Under the pieces are notes generated by a model that saw only the letters and a program-made list of their open reading frames with translations, made no database searches and was not told the DNA's origin. A program made the position numbers and the translations under genes. A stretch of 64,000 bases of DNA from Eledone cirrhosa. Taxonomy: Eukaryota. The stretch is from positions 267,964,001-268,028,000 of the forward strand of contig OZ024743.1 in the NCBI GenBank assembly GCA_964016885.1, written 5' to 3'. Shown here in pieces: positions 1-12,727 of this stretch. Positions within the stretch are counted from its first letter, which is position 1, and each line of letters opens with the position of its first letter.

Positions 1-9
1 TTATTTATC

Positions 10-48
<39 letters not shown>

Positions 49-158
49 ATACAAAATTAAGGTAAATCAAAATTATGAGTGTCATGCCCCGAAAGGCATG
101 CGCCATATCACCCGTTAAATAAGCTCCAAGATTCTAATGAATAGGTCCGAGCATTTTA

Positions 159-258
159 TAACAACTAGAAATTGATTAACATATAAATAAACATATGAAT
201 TAATCCCCTGTGATTGTTCCATATGTTTATTTATATGTTAATAAATTTCTAGTTGTTA
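159..258. repeat. 39-bp inverted repeat in an island between (TA)n tracts
   Basis: taacaactagaaattgattaacatataaataaacatatg (159-197) against its near-perfect reverse complement at 220-258. Confidence 0.85.
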
Positions 259-314
259 AATATATATATATATATATAAAGAATGAATAATAACAGGTAG
301 ACATCATCAAAAAG

Positions 315-434
315 GTAATTATTTGCAGAAACTCAATTTTCAAATGCTGCTTCTACGGTTTCCTCAGAGCAGAATTCTGCTCTGAGGAAACGGTAGAATC
401 AGCATTTGAAAATTGAGTTTCTGCAAATAATTAC
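315..434. repeat. 60-bp-arm palindrome (fold-back cassette) with degenerate hammerhead-like core
   Basis: Arms 315-374/375-434 centred on GAATTC, about 2 mismatches. An outer inverted repeat lies at ~285-324/~507-545. CTGAGGA at 382-388 is followed by GAAA, but the stems are weak. Confidence 0.8.
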
Positions 435-695
435 AAATAATTACCAATTTGCACATAGCATGACTAGGCTGTATAACTTCTGTTGAAACATTTGTAAACA
501 CTCGGAATAAATTACCTTTTATATGATGTCTACCTGTTATTATTCGGAATACAGAAGGATCAGAAACTGAGTTTCTTGAACTATTCTTCCATAACTCGTT
601 GAGTAACCCCTCACCGTACGTCAACTCTATCTAGTGTAGTATTTAACCATTACTGCATTCAGGATAATCCTAAGCAGTTCTTGTATAACCTAATA

Positions 696-748
<53 letters not shown>

Positions 749-890
749 GAAGTTGTATTTAATTTGTTGGAAATCGACAAATATAAATGTTCATAACTGA
801 TTTAGAGCTCTCAAAAGATACTGGAGTAAATATTCCATGATATTAAATAAATGGAAACTATATTTATAAAACCATATTTATATTATTATA

Positions 891-1078
891 TGGTGGATTG
901 GCAGTATCGGTAAGGGTCGGACGCCATGCTTTGAAGCATAGAGTTACCTCCCTTTATGATCTGAGTTCAAATCCCGCCGAGGTTAACTTTGCCTTTCATC
1001 CTTACGGGGTCGATAAAATAAAGTACCAGTAATGCACTGGAATAATTGCTGGCCTTGTGCCAAAAGTAGAAACAATTA
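891..1078 (+). mobile_element. tRNA-derived SINE
   Basis: A box tggcagtatcgg, B box gagttcaaatccc, conserved core gcctttcatccttacggggtcgataaaataaagtaccag, tail gccaaaagtagaaacaatt. Many copies in the window. Confidence 0.9.
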
Positions 1079-1171
1079 TATATATTTCAAAGGCAACCAA
1101 CTATCCAGGGAATTTCCGACCGATAAGGTTGAATCTTCGTGGGTAGGTCTTTATTTATAAAACAAACTTTG

Positions 1172-1236
1172 TATTTTATCTGATGAAAGCGCACCAAGGT
1201 TGGCTTGGTTACCCTTGAAATATATATAATAGAATA
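1172..1236 (+). ncRNA. Type I hammerhead ribozyme motif (family A)
   Basis: tattttat-CTGATGA-aagcgcaccaag gttgg cttggttaccctt-GAAA-tatata-TA-atagaata; palindromic helix III ATATATAT. Confidence 0.8.
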
Positions 1237-1920
1237 AATATGGTTTTATAAATATAGTTTCCATTTATTTAATATCATAGTATATCTATATATATATATA
1301 TAAATTTCCCTATATTTTCGAAACGGAGTCACCAAATTGGAGTTACTGCTCTTCCGCCCACCCTCCCAGTCTTAGGAGAGTAAGTGAAAAAACAATTAGC
1401 TTTAGGCGAGAAATGAAAACACGAAAAAAAGAATGGTGACTACGCCAATTTCTTCTCACCTAACTCCTTCTTTAACGAGACAGCATTTACCAGCAAGTGT
1501 AGAACAGAAACCTGTAACCTTACAAACCATGATTCTGTCATCTTAAGTCAAGTGGCCACTATATCACTGCTGCTTTGTCAAATAAAACATTGAGAGGACA
1601 TACAACGAAATAAACACTACACACAAACGGGCAAAAAACACCCATGCAGACACAGAGACAGACACTGATACTCGGATACACTCACACACACACACACATG
1701 CACACACACACGCGCGCGCACACACGCACAAACACACACAAACACACATATATATTTACATATATGTGTGCGTGTGTTAATATATACATACCCTCTCCTA
1801 TATGTAAATATGTATATGTATATATATATATATATATATATACATCCATCTTGACGTTATAGTCGCATATATGTTATAGAATGCTGTTAGCTTCTCGCTA
1901 AAACAATCTCTATACCTCTC

Positions 1921-1964
<44 letters not shown>

Positions 1965-1978
1965 TCAGACGGAAATAC

Positions 1979-2026
<48 letters not shown>

Positions 2027-2139
2027 ACGCACACACACATACACTTACATATACAATCAGACGTTCGAATGTACGAATGATTAAAACGAGTCAATTTTTA
2101 CGACAAACTTCGCTAGTTATCGTCTGAATTATGAGCGAA

Positions 2140-2497
2140 GGTGTAATTTGTTTTTTTTATTGTTTCTTTGTTTTATTGTGTATTGTTATTCTCGTTGTTT
2201 TATCTCATTTTTCTCCTTGTTCTCGCCATCATCGTCATCGTCATCATTGCTTTACTTCTGTTTGTTGTTGTTATTGTAGATGTTGTTTTAGTTGTTGTAT
2301 CGATGTTCTGTTGTAGTTGATGATAATCCTATTATTCTTGCAGTTGCTGCTCTTGTTGTTGTTACAGTTGTTATTACTATTGTTCCCTTTGTTGTTGTTG
2401 TTGCTGCTGCTTTTGTTGTTGTTGATGTTCTTTTGCTATCATTTTGTATTGTTGTTGGTACAGTTGTTATTACTGTTGTTACCTTTGTTGTTGTACT

Positions 2498-2532
<35 letters not shown>

Positions 2533-2680
2533 CTGGTGGTTGTGTTGCTATAGTTATTGCAATTGTTGTTATTGTTGCTGCTTCTTTTGTTGTTGTTGAT
2601 GTCCTTTTGCTATTTATTTTTACCTTTTGGATATGTTTTGTTTTTTTCCTACCGCTGTTGTTGTTGTTGATATGTTTGTT
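2140..2680. repeat. Degenerate (GTT)n/(TTG)n low-complexity tract
   Basis: Seen directly; source of spurious poly-V/L/T ORFs. Confidence 0.9.
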
Positions 2681-3173
2681 GTGTAGCCCCAAGTTAGATG
2701 TGACCAAGCAGATATGTGATATAATCAAGGACTTTAATCCCATCCCTCTGCCGAATTTTCTTTCTATTTCATACACGGCGTGATACGGACTATATTATTC
2801 AATATGTCCTTTAGGGGAGCATCGAGTAGCTTGAATGAGAGTTCTCTGCTACTTCTAACAACTCAAGTAACCCCGTAGTGGTACACATTTTTTTTCTCAT
2901 CGTTCTTAATGGTGTTATTAGCGTCATCGTTTTTCTTATTACATATGTTACGAGGTTTTTTTTATTGTTATTATTGCAGTGTTTTTTTTCTTACTGTCGA
3001 TGTTGTTACTAATATTGTTGTTCTCGATCTTCAGTGTATTGTGCGGGTTATTTTTTGGTGGGACTTTCTGTCCCTTTTCCTCGATTTGTTTTCTACTAAT
3101 TACATTCTTGTTGTTGGTGTTCTTGCGATTTTTTAAAATATTTTGTTACTGTTAATGTTACAATATTAATATT

Positions 3174-3401
3174 ATTGGCAGTATCGGTAGCGGGTCGGAT
3201 GCCATGATTTGCAGCAAAGAGTTACGGCCCTTTATGGTCTGAGTTCAAATCCTGGCGAGGTTAACTTTGCCGTTCATCCTTTCGAGGTCGATAAAATAAA
3301 GTACCAGTAATGCACTGAGATAATTGCCGGCCTTGTGCCAAAAGTAGAAATAATAATTATTATTTCTACTTTTGGCACAAGGCAAGCAATTATCCCAGTG
3401 T
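3174..3401 (+). mobile_element. tRNA-derived SINE (3174-3352) followed by an inverted copy of its tail (~3360-3401)
   Basis: Same A/B boxes and core. tttctacttttggcacaaggcaagcaattatcccagtg is the reverse complement of the SINE tail. Confidence 0.85.
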
Positions 3402-6400
3402 AATAATAATAATAATAATAAATAATAATAATTATTATTATTATTATCATCATTTGCCCCCGCCCCCATATGGGGGAATTTATTTTGTTATATTTTTATA
3501 TATTTTTATATATTTCTTATATTTTTATATATTTTTATTGTTAATTGTTTTTGTTTGTGTGTATTTTTACTCGATTTTATTGTAAACCCGCACTGTACCT
3601 GGCATTGTATTGTCCCCTATATGTCAGCCCTTGCGGCCAATAAATGAAACCATTTTCTTCTTCTTCTTCTTCTTCTTCTTTTTCTTCTTCTTCTTCTTCT
3701 TCTTCTTCTTCTTCTTCTCAATATTATTATTATTATTATTATTTCATTATTATTATTATTATTGTTCTTGTACTTGGTCTTGTTCTTGTTATAATTATTA
3801 TTGTCTTCCTTTTGTATTCCTGACCACACTGTTATTGTTGTTATGTCCGTTGTTTGCTTGTCGTCATGTAATTCTATTTTGTTTTCGCTCTCTTCTTTTT
3901 CCTGCTGTTGTTTTCCTAAATATGTTTATTGTTTTTACAACATTATTATTGTTGTATTTGTTGTTGTTGATTGTCTAGTTGTGATATTTGATTGCTTTTG
4001 TGTTATTACTATTATGTGTCTATTTTATTGTTTTATAATATTATATTTTGTCTCCTTTGTTTTTTATTCTTTGTATTTTGTGTTATCTATTCTATTTTGT
4101 TATATTCTGTTTTTGTATTTTGATTTGAAATATTGTCGATGCTGTTATTGCCCTTGTTCTTGTAGATGTTGCTGCTGTTGTTTTACTTCGTAGTTTTACT
4201 ATTGTTTTTGTTGTTGTTTTGCACTTCTTAGTTTCGTTTCGTGTGTGTAAATTTATGTTACTGGCAATTTGCCGCCTCAAAATGTGAACGCTAATACGGC
4301 AGCACCATAAAAATGTCCATGCAGTCAGAATTATCGTTGTTGACAACTACTTAAATAAACCAAACTTTTTTTCCTCTTCCAACAAAGAAATGAGCAGAGT
4401 TCACGGAAGGGATTTGTATTATTAGGAGCTATGCATCGCGACCTCTACCACCCACACATAAAGCAGCATCCCTAGGTAGCAGTAACAACAACAACAAGGA
4501 CGTCGAGAACAATAACAATGCCACTAACATTGTAACTTCGCCATTAGAAACAACTACTATTTATGATTTCACGCCAAAACATCCACTACATCTACCAACA
4601 CCGATCAAATATAGTAAAAATAATGTTAATACAATTGCCATACAATACGGCAAATAACACTAAAATTACCGCAAACGCTACCAGCAATCCTCATTATTAC
4701 CACCTCATTGCACTAGAAAGCTTTACGTGGTCACTTGAGATGCTAAAAATAACAGTCAGTTGACATTCTAAAAGCACAGTTTATTTGATAATGTAGTCAC
4801 AGAAATATATAATATAAAGACGAGTTGGTTATGGCTTGAATACTTCCAATTGTTTGTCTATTAGATCAGGGTTTAGTTGGAGGTAAACAACAATAAAACA
4901 ATAACATTAACAACAATAACAACCAGAATCAAAAATGCAAATAATAATATCAATGTAATCAATAGTGTAAAGAAAGATCCTTTAACTAGTCTATCAATCT
5001 ATCAGAAATAACAGCCAAACCTTTAAAAAATTCAAACAGATAAATAAAATATATTCTGAAAAGAAAGATAGTGTGATCACGGTTGGAACATATTTGATAA
5101 TAGGGCTGCTTCAAATGGATTGACTTATGTCTGACCAATATACAGAGTACCAATACCATCCTTGACATTACATCTAACTATTTCTACTATTTCTGACAGC
5201 ATCCTTAGTAACCACTCAAGTAGAGAACCTCAACTAAATTGCTTGAACGGGTAGATACAGAAATCTTTTTCAAACCTCACCCTACCGTCACAAGAAAGAT
5301 ACCCATAGAAACAAATATGAGACGATAATGGATGGAATGCCTTTGTCCATACATCTGCTTTATCAGGTCTTACTTGAATTTGTACAAAAGTAACAACGTC
5401 TACAAGGCGTCGACTGAAACCAAAGTCACAAGTAACTCCACTGACCACCACTATCAACTTTACCATTCCTCTAGCACCAACACTAACACTAAGACCAATG
5501 CACCACTACTGTATTCACGACAACTAACACCCCTACCGTCCACTATCCTCATCCCGCGCAATATTTACTGGGAAACAATTTACACAAACAGCACCACCTA
5601 TCTCAAGATATCATTATCTGCATCCCCATCACATACAGTAAAGAGTATCACCTACATTACCATTAATCTTGCCTTAATAGTAACCACCTAAACCACAAAC
5701 ATCCTCACCAGCAGTTCTATTACCAGCAATGTTTGCAATGCTGCAATTTCAAAATATTACCACGATTGCGGATACTACCATTGTCATCTTATTCATAGTT
5801 GTTAACAACAACGACAAACAAGCTTCTAGAGGATTGCTCGATGTGCTAGTAATAGCATATCAATTCACTCAATTACAACATCTTAAGGAAACACACACTG
5901 GAAAATGAAAGATCCTCTATAAATAAAAGATGCGGGTATTATCATTGCTGAAGTCATTGATCATTCCCTATTAGTTCGATCAAGTTTGGTCGGGTGTTAA
6001 AAAAAAACAATATCCTACTATATTATATGCCAACAGGGAAACATATACGAGATCTAGCTAGATCTGTAATCAAGAAATGATAATAACAAAATATTATACA
6101 TCAATGTTCCCGTAATTTCTGAGAAGTCGTAGAGGAGCCGTGTAGACATGCGGAGTTACTTAAAGCTTTAAATTGATCCTGACGCACACACACGCACGCG
6201 CGCACACACACACACACACATGCGCGCGCGTGGACTTATATATATAGAAAGATATATAAAAATATGATAATGGGTAGAAGTATTTTGTCCAGTGATCTCT
6301 CCGATCCGGACTGGCAAGGTACTAGCAACAACAGCAACAAAACTCACGTTCCATTGTATCATGCTGAATGGAATCAATCGGCATGGTAGATAGAGCAGAA

Positions 6401-7809
6401 ATATATTCACCCCCTCCACACGCACACACACTAATATGTCCAAAATACCTGTACATATCACAATTAACATCATTAATATCACTAACTCACACTATTACAC
6501 GCACACGTGTGAATGGGCTTGCGCGTGCGCTTTTGTGCGTGCGTGTGCTTGCACTTACGCATGCAGTCACACATTGTAGGCCAGCTATCACACATCTCAG
6601 CCTAAGACGCAGGCTGTCTTGCGCCCTCTTACTCAACCAGTTTGCATTACCAATACACTCTACCCTCCTTTAACATAGCCAGAACTCTCAGACATTCCAC
6701 AAATACATCACTAACATCACTAACTTTCCCCCTCACTCCTACCTGTGCGTTTGCATGTACATATTTCTGTATATATACATACATACACATACACACATAA
6801 CACAACATATACACACACCATCAACTCCACCGTCATCACTATGACCACCGGTGCCACAACCACATCCAATCTGACTCTATCAGACCGTCTTTCTCCCTCA
6901 CCAACCATACATTACCTCAAACTCAATCCCTTAATCTCCATCTCACCGCTGTATATAAACCCCACCTACAAGTTCTTCCTTAGAACACTGCCACAACCAT
7001 CTCCCTTCACACTCATACTCCTTGCAAGTACCCACATTCATTTCTCTATTCCATTTTAACCACAACCGCCTGGGTTACCGGCGCAATTCCTCTCCCCCCG
7101 CACGGCATTCACGTGTTCACACCGATTTTCTCCTTGAAGCACTTTCACCTACACTTTTCTTCACCATTGAATATAACACACATTTGCACCCTCGTTTGTT
7201 GGTTTTTTTTGGACACTGCCACCACCAGCATCCCCCACCAGCACTCCAACACACTCCCTGCATCTACCCACTATTCATTTCTCTATTCCATTTCACTGTA
7301 GCTTTGCCTTTCTACCCGAATACATCCATGTATTTCATTTACCTCCGCCTTCGTGACTTTCGAAATCATTTGATGGTTACTCACCTCACAACCTACGAAC
7401 ATGCACACACGTATACACCTATACATGCAATCACACAACAGACACTCACACATTCATACATATAACTATACATACAACAACATAGCATACACCAACACAC
7501 GCACACACGCATACACACGGATGCACCTATATATGCAACTACACAATACACATCAACAACCACAGTCTCTGCCAAACAAATATACCATCATACACATGAT
7601 CACACACATGTACGAACACACACCTCATCCAACAACAAACTTAACACCCATAGACAAGTAAACGTAACTTAATGTACACCCCACCTATACACAAACACAT
7701 ACGACGTCCAACCCCACCCTACCCCAACAAGGACGCCAAACCACTACCCCTCTCTTCTTCTTTATATATTTGTTTCTGGAATTTCTTTTTAACATTATTT
7801 CAACTACCA

Positions 7810-8007
7810 AAGGGTACCAAGGGCGGTGGATTGGTAGTATGGGTAGTGGGTCGGACGCCATGCTTTGACGCATAGAGTTATGGCCCTTGCCATTCTCAGT
7901 TCAAATCCCGCCGAGGTTAACTTTGCCTTTCATCCTTACGGGGTCGATAAAATAAAGTACCAGTAATGCACTGGGTAATTGCTGGTCTTGAGCCAAAAGT
8001 AGAAACA
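7810..8007 (+). mobile_element. tRNA-derived SINE with 16-bp TSD
   Basis: SINE consensus flanked on both sides by attatttcaactacca (7794-7809, 8008-8023). Confidence 0.9.
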
Positions 8008-8205
8008 ATTATTTCAACTACCATTTTATATATTTTTATGATTTATTTTGTATTGTTTATTCTTTAACGTTCATTTTCTTTCCTATTTTCCATTTGTGTT
8101 ATTCCAGACACGTTGACTATGTAACTCATTCTTCTTTCTACAAGCCTGAAACTAATATACTTCATGTCTTTGGATCCTTTCATTTGTTTCTTTCATGTTT
8201 CCTTG

Positions 8206-8257
<52 letters not shown>

Positions 8258-8267
8258 TTATATATAT

Positions 8268-8316
8268 GAGTTTCAGAAGATCCCGTTAAGGGTGAAAGCA
8301 GCGATTCTTTGCTTAT
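8268..8316 (+). ncRNA. Family B hammerhead-like motif (variant core CAGAAGA), short fragment
   Basis: gagtttCAGAAGAtcccgttaagggtGAAAgcagcgattctttgctta; same motif at 24841, 26399 and 40290. Confidence 0.55.
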
Positions 8317-8319
8317 ACG

Positions 8320-8353
<34 letters not shown>

Positions 8354-8375
8354 GGTGTGTGTGTGTGTGTGTGTC

Positions 8376-8453
<78 letters not shown>

Positions 8454-8952
8454 GTATATGTGTTTGTTCTGTATAGACATATATATATCTGTAAATATAT
8501 ATGTTTGTGTGGTGTGTCACTATGCGCCGGCACGCATTTATGTGTGTGTGTCTTTGAGTCAAGAATTTAAAGAATATAATACGAGAGTAGGAAATCCTCA
8601 AATTCATATAAACTACAGAAACAAACAATATTTATATGAGTAAATATATATCAAAGTATAAACAATGTATACACATGTACACATACACTCGCACACACGC
8701 ACACGCACACACACATACATACACACACTCATACATATATATATATATATATAATATATATACTATATATATATAATATATATATAATATATATAGTATT
8801 AAGGATACTATTTATGGTTATGTATATACTAAAACTTTTTATAGTTATATATATTTTAAACCCTAAACAGTGAAAGACAGTAATTTATTACTACCTTATT
8901 ACCAGTAAGATAAATAGCTCAATGTAATAACACCAGTTGTTCTACAGAGCCG

Positions 8953-9096
8953 TTATATAGAATTCACATGAATCAAAGTTCTGTTCAAACCATTTATTAG
9001 CTTACAATTGTTTCATCCAAACCGAGGTTTGGATGAAACAATTGTAAGCTAATAAATGGTTTGAACAGAACTTTGATTCATGTGAATTCTATATAA
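8953..9096. repeat. Perfect 71-bp-arm hairpin (2-nt loop) containing the 3' half of a hammerhead
   Basis: Arms 8953-9023/9026-9096. Contains GAAA-caattg-TA (palindromic helix III ACAATTGT). One-sided tail at ~8800-8952. Confidence 0.9.
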
Positions 9097-9112
9097 TATA
9101 TATATATATATA

Positions 9113-10011
9113 TAATAATAATAAGGGTTGACGGACCCAGCATATTTATCAATGCCAGTACCGGCTGTATCTCAGCGAACTCCATGGGCAATGTAAGATA
9201 CATTACCAGAGTATACACATAGTTATTTGCCTCAACACAACACACGTAAAACGGGTGCCTATAATGTTCGCGGACTCGAGTTTCTGCCGCACTAATGCAG
9301 CAGTAAGCTGCACTGCACCATCTGTCTGCATATATTATGCAACAATGCACAATCGGCTTATGCGGTTTCATCAGCGGGTATCACCTAATCAATAAGTAAT
9401 CGATCGACAGAATCCTAAGACCAGTCTCTGCCAGCCATGACTGTTTGTGACGACTGACACGGTAAAGATATTAGCAACTGGCACCCGATAGGACTCTATC
9501 TCTCAACTAGCCATTGATTTACAAATTTTACGTGGGGACGGAAAGCTAAAAAGAATCAATCTTTTAGTTCCTGTCAGAAGCACTCAGCCAACGTGTCTCA
9601 CACACAAATTATCAAGGGGTGAAAAGATGTCTATTAGAAATAGCAGTTCACATTGATATAAAATAGAATGGTAGCATTCGGTTCATGTCTCCAAGCCGCA
9701 TGGCTAGAGGAAAGCGATGGTAACAATGGTAGTGCCAAGAACCTTTAATGGACTTTAAATGCGATCATCCATTATATAACATTATAGTAGCGAGCAGAAA
9801 TGTGTCAGCTACGTGCGTAGATAACCAGTCTAATTCAAAACTTAGAAGAGTGAGAGACAAAATTAATAGCAGGAAAAAGTGTGCATATCAAAACAAAAAC
9901 ACAATAAAAAGTGAAAAGTTGTTTAACTTTCCCTCAATAGTCCGCTAGTTGGGAGATAATAATAATAAGGGTTGACGGACCCAGCATATTTATCAATGCC
10001 CGTACCGGTTG

Positions 10012-10013
<2 letters not shown>
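9113..10013 (-). mobile_element. Non-coding 844-nt unit with ~55-bp terminal direct repeat and internal hammerhead (retrozyme-like)
   Basis: aagggttgacggacccagcatatttatcaatgcc starts at 9123 and 9967. Flanked by (TA)n. HHR on minus strand at 9269-9378. Confidence 0.75.
9269..9378 (-). ncRNA. Type I hammerhead motif with long branched stem II
   Basis: cccg-CTGATGA-aaccgca...tgcggca-GAAA-ctcgag-TC-cgcg; palindromic helix III ACTCGAGT; stem I imperfect. Confidence 0.65.
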
Positions 10014-10087
<74 letters not shown>

Positions 10088-10121
10088 AATATATATATAA
10101 TATATATATATAATATATATA

Positions 10122-10393
10122 CCATGATATTAAATAAATGGAAACTATATTTATAAAACCATATTTATTTTATTATATATATTTCAAGGGCAACCAAGTA
10201 AACCTTGGTGCGCTTTCATTAGATAAAATACAAACTTTGTTTTATAAATAAAGACGTACCCATGAAAATCATACCTTATCGGCCATGTATTTAATATCAT
10301 GGAATATTTACTCCAGTTAACAGTTGAGTGCTCTAAAACAGTTATAAACATTTTTGTTTGTTGGAATTCCAACAAATTAAATACAACTTCTAC
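10122..10393. mobile_element. Family A inverted PLE 3'-end cassette (HHR core mutated to CTAATGA)
   Basis: Minus-strand copy 10122-10283 joined to a plus-strand tail ending ...caacttctac, between (TA)n tracts. Confidence 0.8.
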
Positions 10394-10424
<31 letters not shown>

Positions 10425-10425
<1 letters not shown>

Positions 10426-10858
10426 ACCAAAGATTAATATGGTTTATTGATTACTCAATGAATATAATTTTACAATAGATTAAAAGCACTCTACTGTAAA
10501 AGGTTTTCTGGAGTTAATAATATTATTCAAAATATTAATAAATGAAGACATTCACATAATCAAAATATATGTTTCATTATATATATTTCGAAGGTACTGT
10601 GGTGTTTTTTTCAGTACGTCCTCGTCAGATAAAATACATAAATTGATGTATGACATACCTCAACGGTCTTGATGGTTCAATTACAGTATTGGCAGTAATT
10701 GAACCTTCAAGACCGTTGAGGTATGTCATACATCAATTCATGTATTTTATCTGACGAGGACGTACTGAAAAAAACAGCACAGTACATTCGAAATATATAT
10801 AATAAAACATATATTTTGATTATGTGAATGTCTTCATTTATTAATATTTTGAATAATA
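10425..10858. mobile_element. Fold-back cassette with 164-bp arms and an HHR in each arm
   Basis: Arms 10521-10684/10695-10858, 10-nt loop, tail 10425-10520. HHR: ttttat-CTGACGA-ggacgtactg..cagtacattc-GAAA-tatata-TA-ataaaa at ~10745-10807 (+), mirrored on the minus strand. Confidence 0.85.
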
Positions 10859-10951
10859 TATATATATATATATATATATACAAACGAGGTTTAGCAAATA
10901 AGAAAAAGTTTTAAAATAAATTTCAAAAAATTCAATGTACTTACTATGGTT

Positions 10952-11036
10952 ACCTTTACCGAACGGTTTCGAGTCTCAAAGTTAAATGAATAGTCCTGCG
11001 GGCCTCCATTGAAAAGATAAACTCTCGTCAGAAGGT
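10952..11036 (-). ncRNA. Type I hammerhead ribozyme motif, intact core
   Basis: acctt-CTGACGA-gagt...actc-GAAA-ccgttcgg-TA-aaggt in the ~290-bp island 10881-11172 between (TA)n tracts. Confidence 0.85.
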
Positions 11037-11169
11037 TCTTTTCACTCAGAGAATATAAAATTCCCGAGTTCGAATTACGAACTGGCGCTATTCAAAATTG
11101 TTCCCGAGATGAGAATGAATGATGTGGAAGCAATTCTGTCCAGTGCCGTGTGCAAAGATAGAAGGCAGA

Positions 11170-11249
<80 letters not shown>

Positions 11250-11668
11250 TATATATATATATATATGTATGTATGTACATATATATATATATATATATAT
11301 ATACAATATATACATTTTATTTACAGATTGAGATAATTTCTGACGAATAATAACTGTGGCTACAAAAGAAACAATACTGTACATTGGGAATAAAATTAAG
11401 CAACGGAATAACTAAATATTACACATAGATGAATATATAAAGCGAATTATATGGAGACATAAAAAAACACAGATTAGACAAAACAAATATAATTAAATGA
11501 AACATATAGAAACTTTTAGCTATCATATGAATAAGGAATTAAATGCGATTGGATGCTTGTGTGCGGGTGTATATGATCATGTGGGCTTATATTTATACAC
11601 ACACACTATATATATAGTGTATATGACCATGCGGGTGTATATGATCATGTGGGCTTATATTTATACAC

Positions 11669-11726
<58 letters not shown>

Positions 11727-12335
11727 AAATATATCCGGATATAACATAATAACATACACACACACATAAAAAGCATGTTTTATATAGACACACATTCATA
11801 CATATATATTTTATTTGGAGAAAGAACTGTTCAATTTGTGCGGTAGTATGCTGAGTGGTATTATTGGACAATATTTGTAAAAAGAAAAGCAAAACAACAT
11901 TTGCGAAAGACTATTTGGGCGAAAGTTCGTTATCGATATCAGATATATAATTGAGGCTGATCACATGTAATTATACGCCCAACTTATTGACGTTAGTTCT
12001 AAACACAACAAAATTATTCATAGCATCTGCAAGTAAATAGTGTTTCTTCTATACAGCTTAGCGCTCGCTGCACTGATCGCGGGAACTCCTGCGTAGGAAG
12101 GCGGTCATTACGAGCTGGTCGGTGGCTGGAGGAGATGAATAATAAATACTTAGGGAGTGATGTATATTTGTATGGTTGTGTTTGTTTCTTTGTGTTGGCT
12201 TGTATGTGAAAGTGAGAGTTGCGACGATCGAACATAAGAAAAATTGTGACGGTCGATGGAGGCGGGTTTAATATGTAGCTTGACTCAGGATGGAATATTA
12301 TGTAGATAGAAATGGAACGGATAGATAATGAGAGG

Positions 12336-12427
<92 letters not shown>

Positions 12428-12436
12428 AATATGTGC

Positions 12437-12549
12437 ATTACTGATTTCATATGAACGTCTTAAAAGCAGATCAAACTCGCTGATATATTTTGATAGAGTA
12501 ACTTTCACCCAATCTATCAATCTATACATATATGCATACACACAGACAC

Positions 12550-12628
<79 letters not shown>

Positions 12629-12727
12629 AGCGTGTGCGAGTATGCATATATGTTTATAGATAGATTGGGTGAAATTTACTCTATCAAAATATGCCAGCTT
12701 TTAAGACGTTCATATGAAATCAGTAAT
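12437..12727. repeat. ~90-100-bp inverted repeat centred on a (TA)n(TG)n tract
   Basis: attactgatttcatatgaacgtcttaaaagc...catatatgcatac against its reverse complement at ~12640-12727, with indels. Confidence 0.85.

Larger units (their letters stand above)
746..1278. mobile_element. Family A fold-back PLE 3'-end cassette, interrupted by a SINE
   Basis: Arm 837-890 plus 1079-1100 is the reverse complement of ~1205-1278. A one-sided tail lies at 746-836. Homologous to 10122-10393, 40695-40880 and 45706-46148. Flanked by (TA)n. Confidence 0.8.

Noticed and set aside
83-100. Hairpin catgcc-ccgaaa-ggcatg
   Set aside because: Isolated short stem with no surrounding ribozyme core; may be part of a cassette but cannot be interpreted.
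891-980. A/B boxes as a tRNA gene
   Set aside because: Part of a multi-copy SINE head with TSDs; no full cloverleaf.
5825-6000. Old repeat fragments with gctatttctagc-like motif (also ~2815-2880, 60620, 60895, 61985)
   Set aside because: Probably an ancient dispersed repeat, but too diverged to delimit or classify by eye.
11335-11390. CTGACGA...GAAAC..GTA hammerhead-like string
   Set aside because: Stems I and II cannot be formed convincingly.
12030-12150. GC-richer stretch after a pyrimidine tract and AG (possible exon)
   Set aside because: No recognisable protein similarity, no clear donor site and no partner exons; cannot be supported without RNA data.
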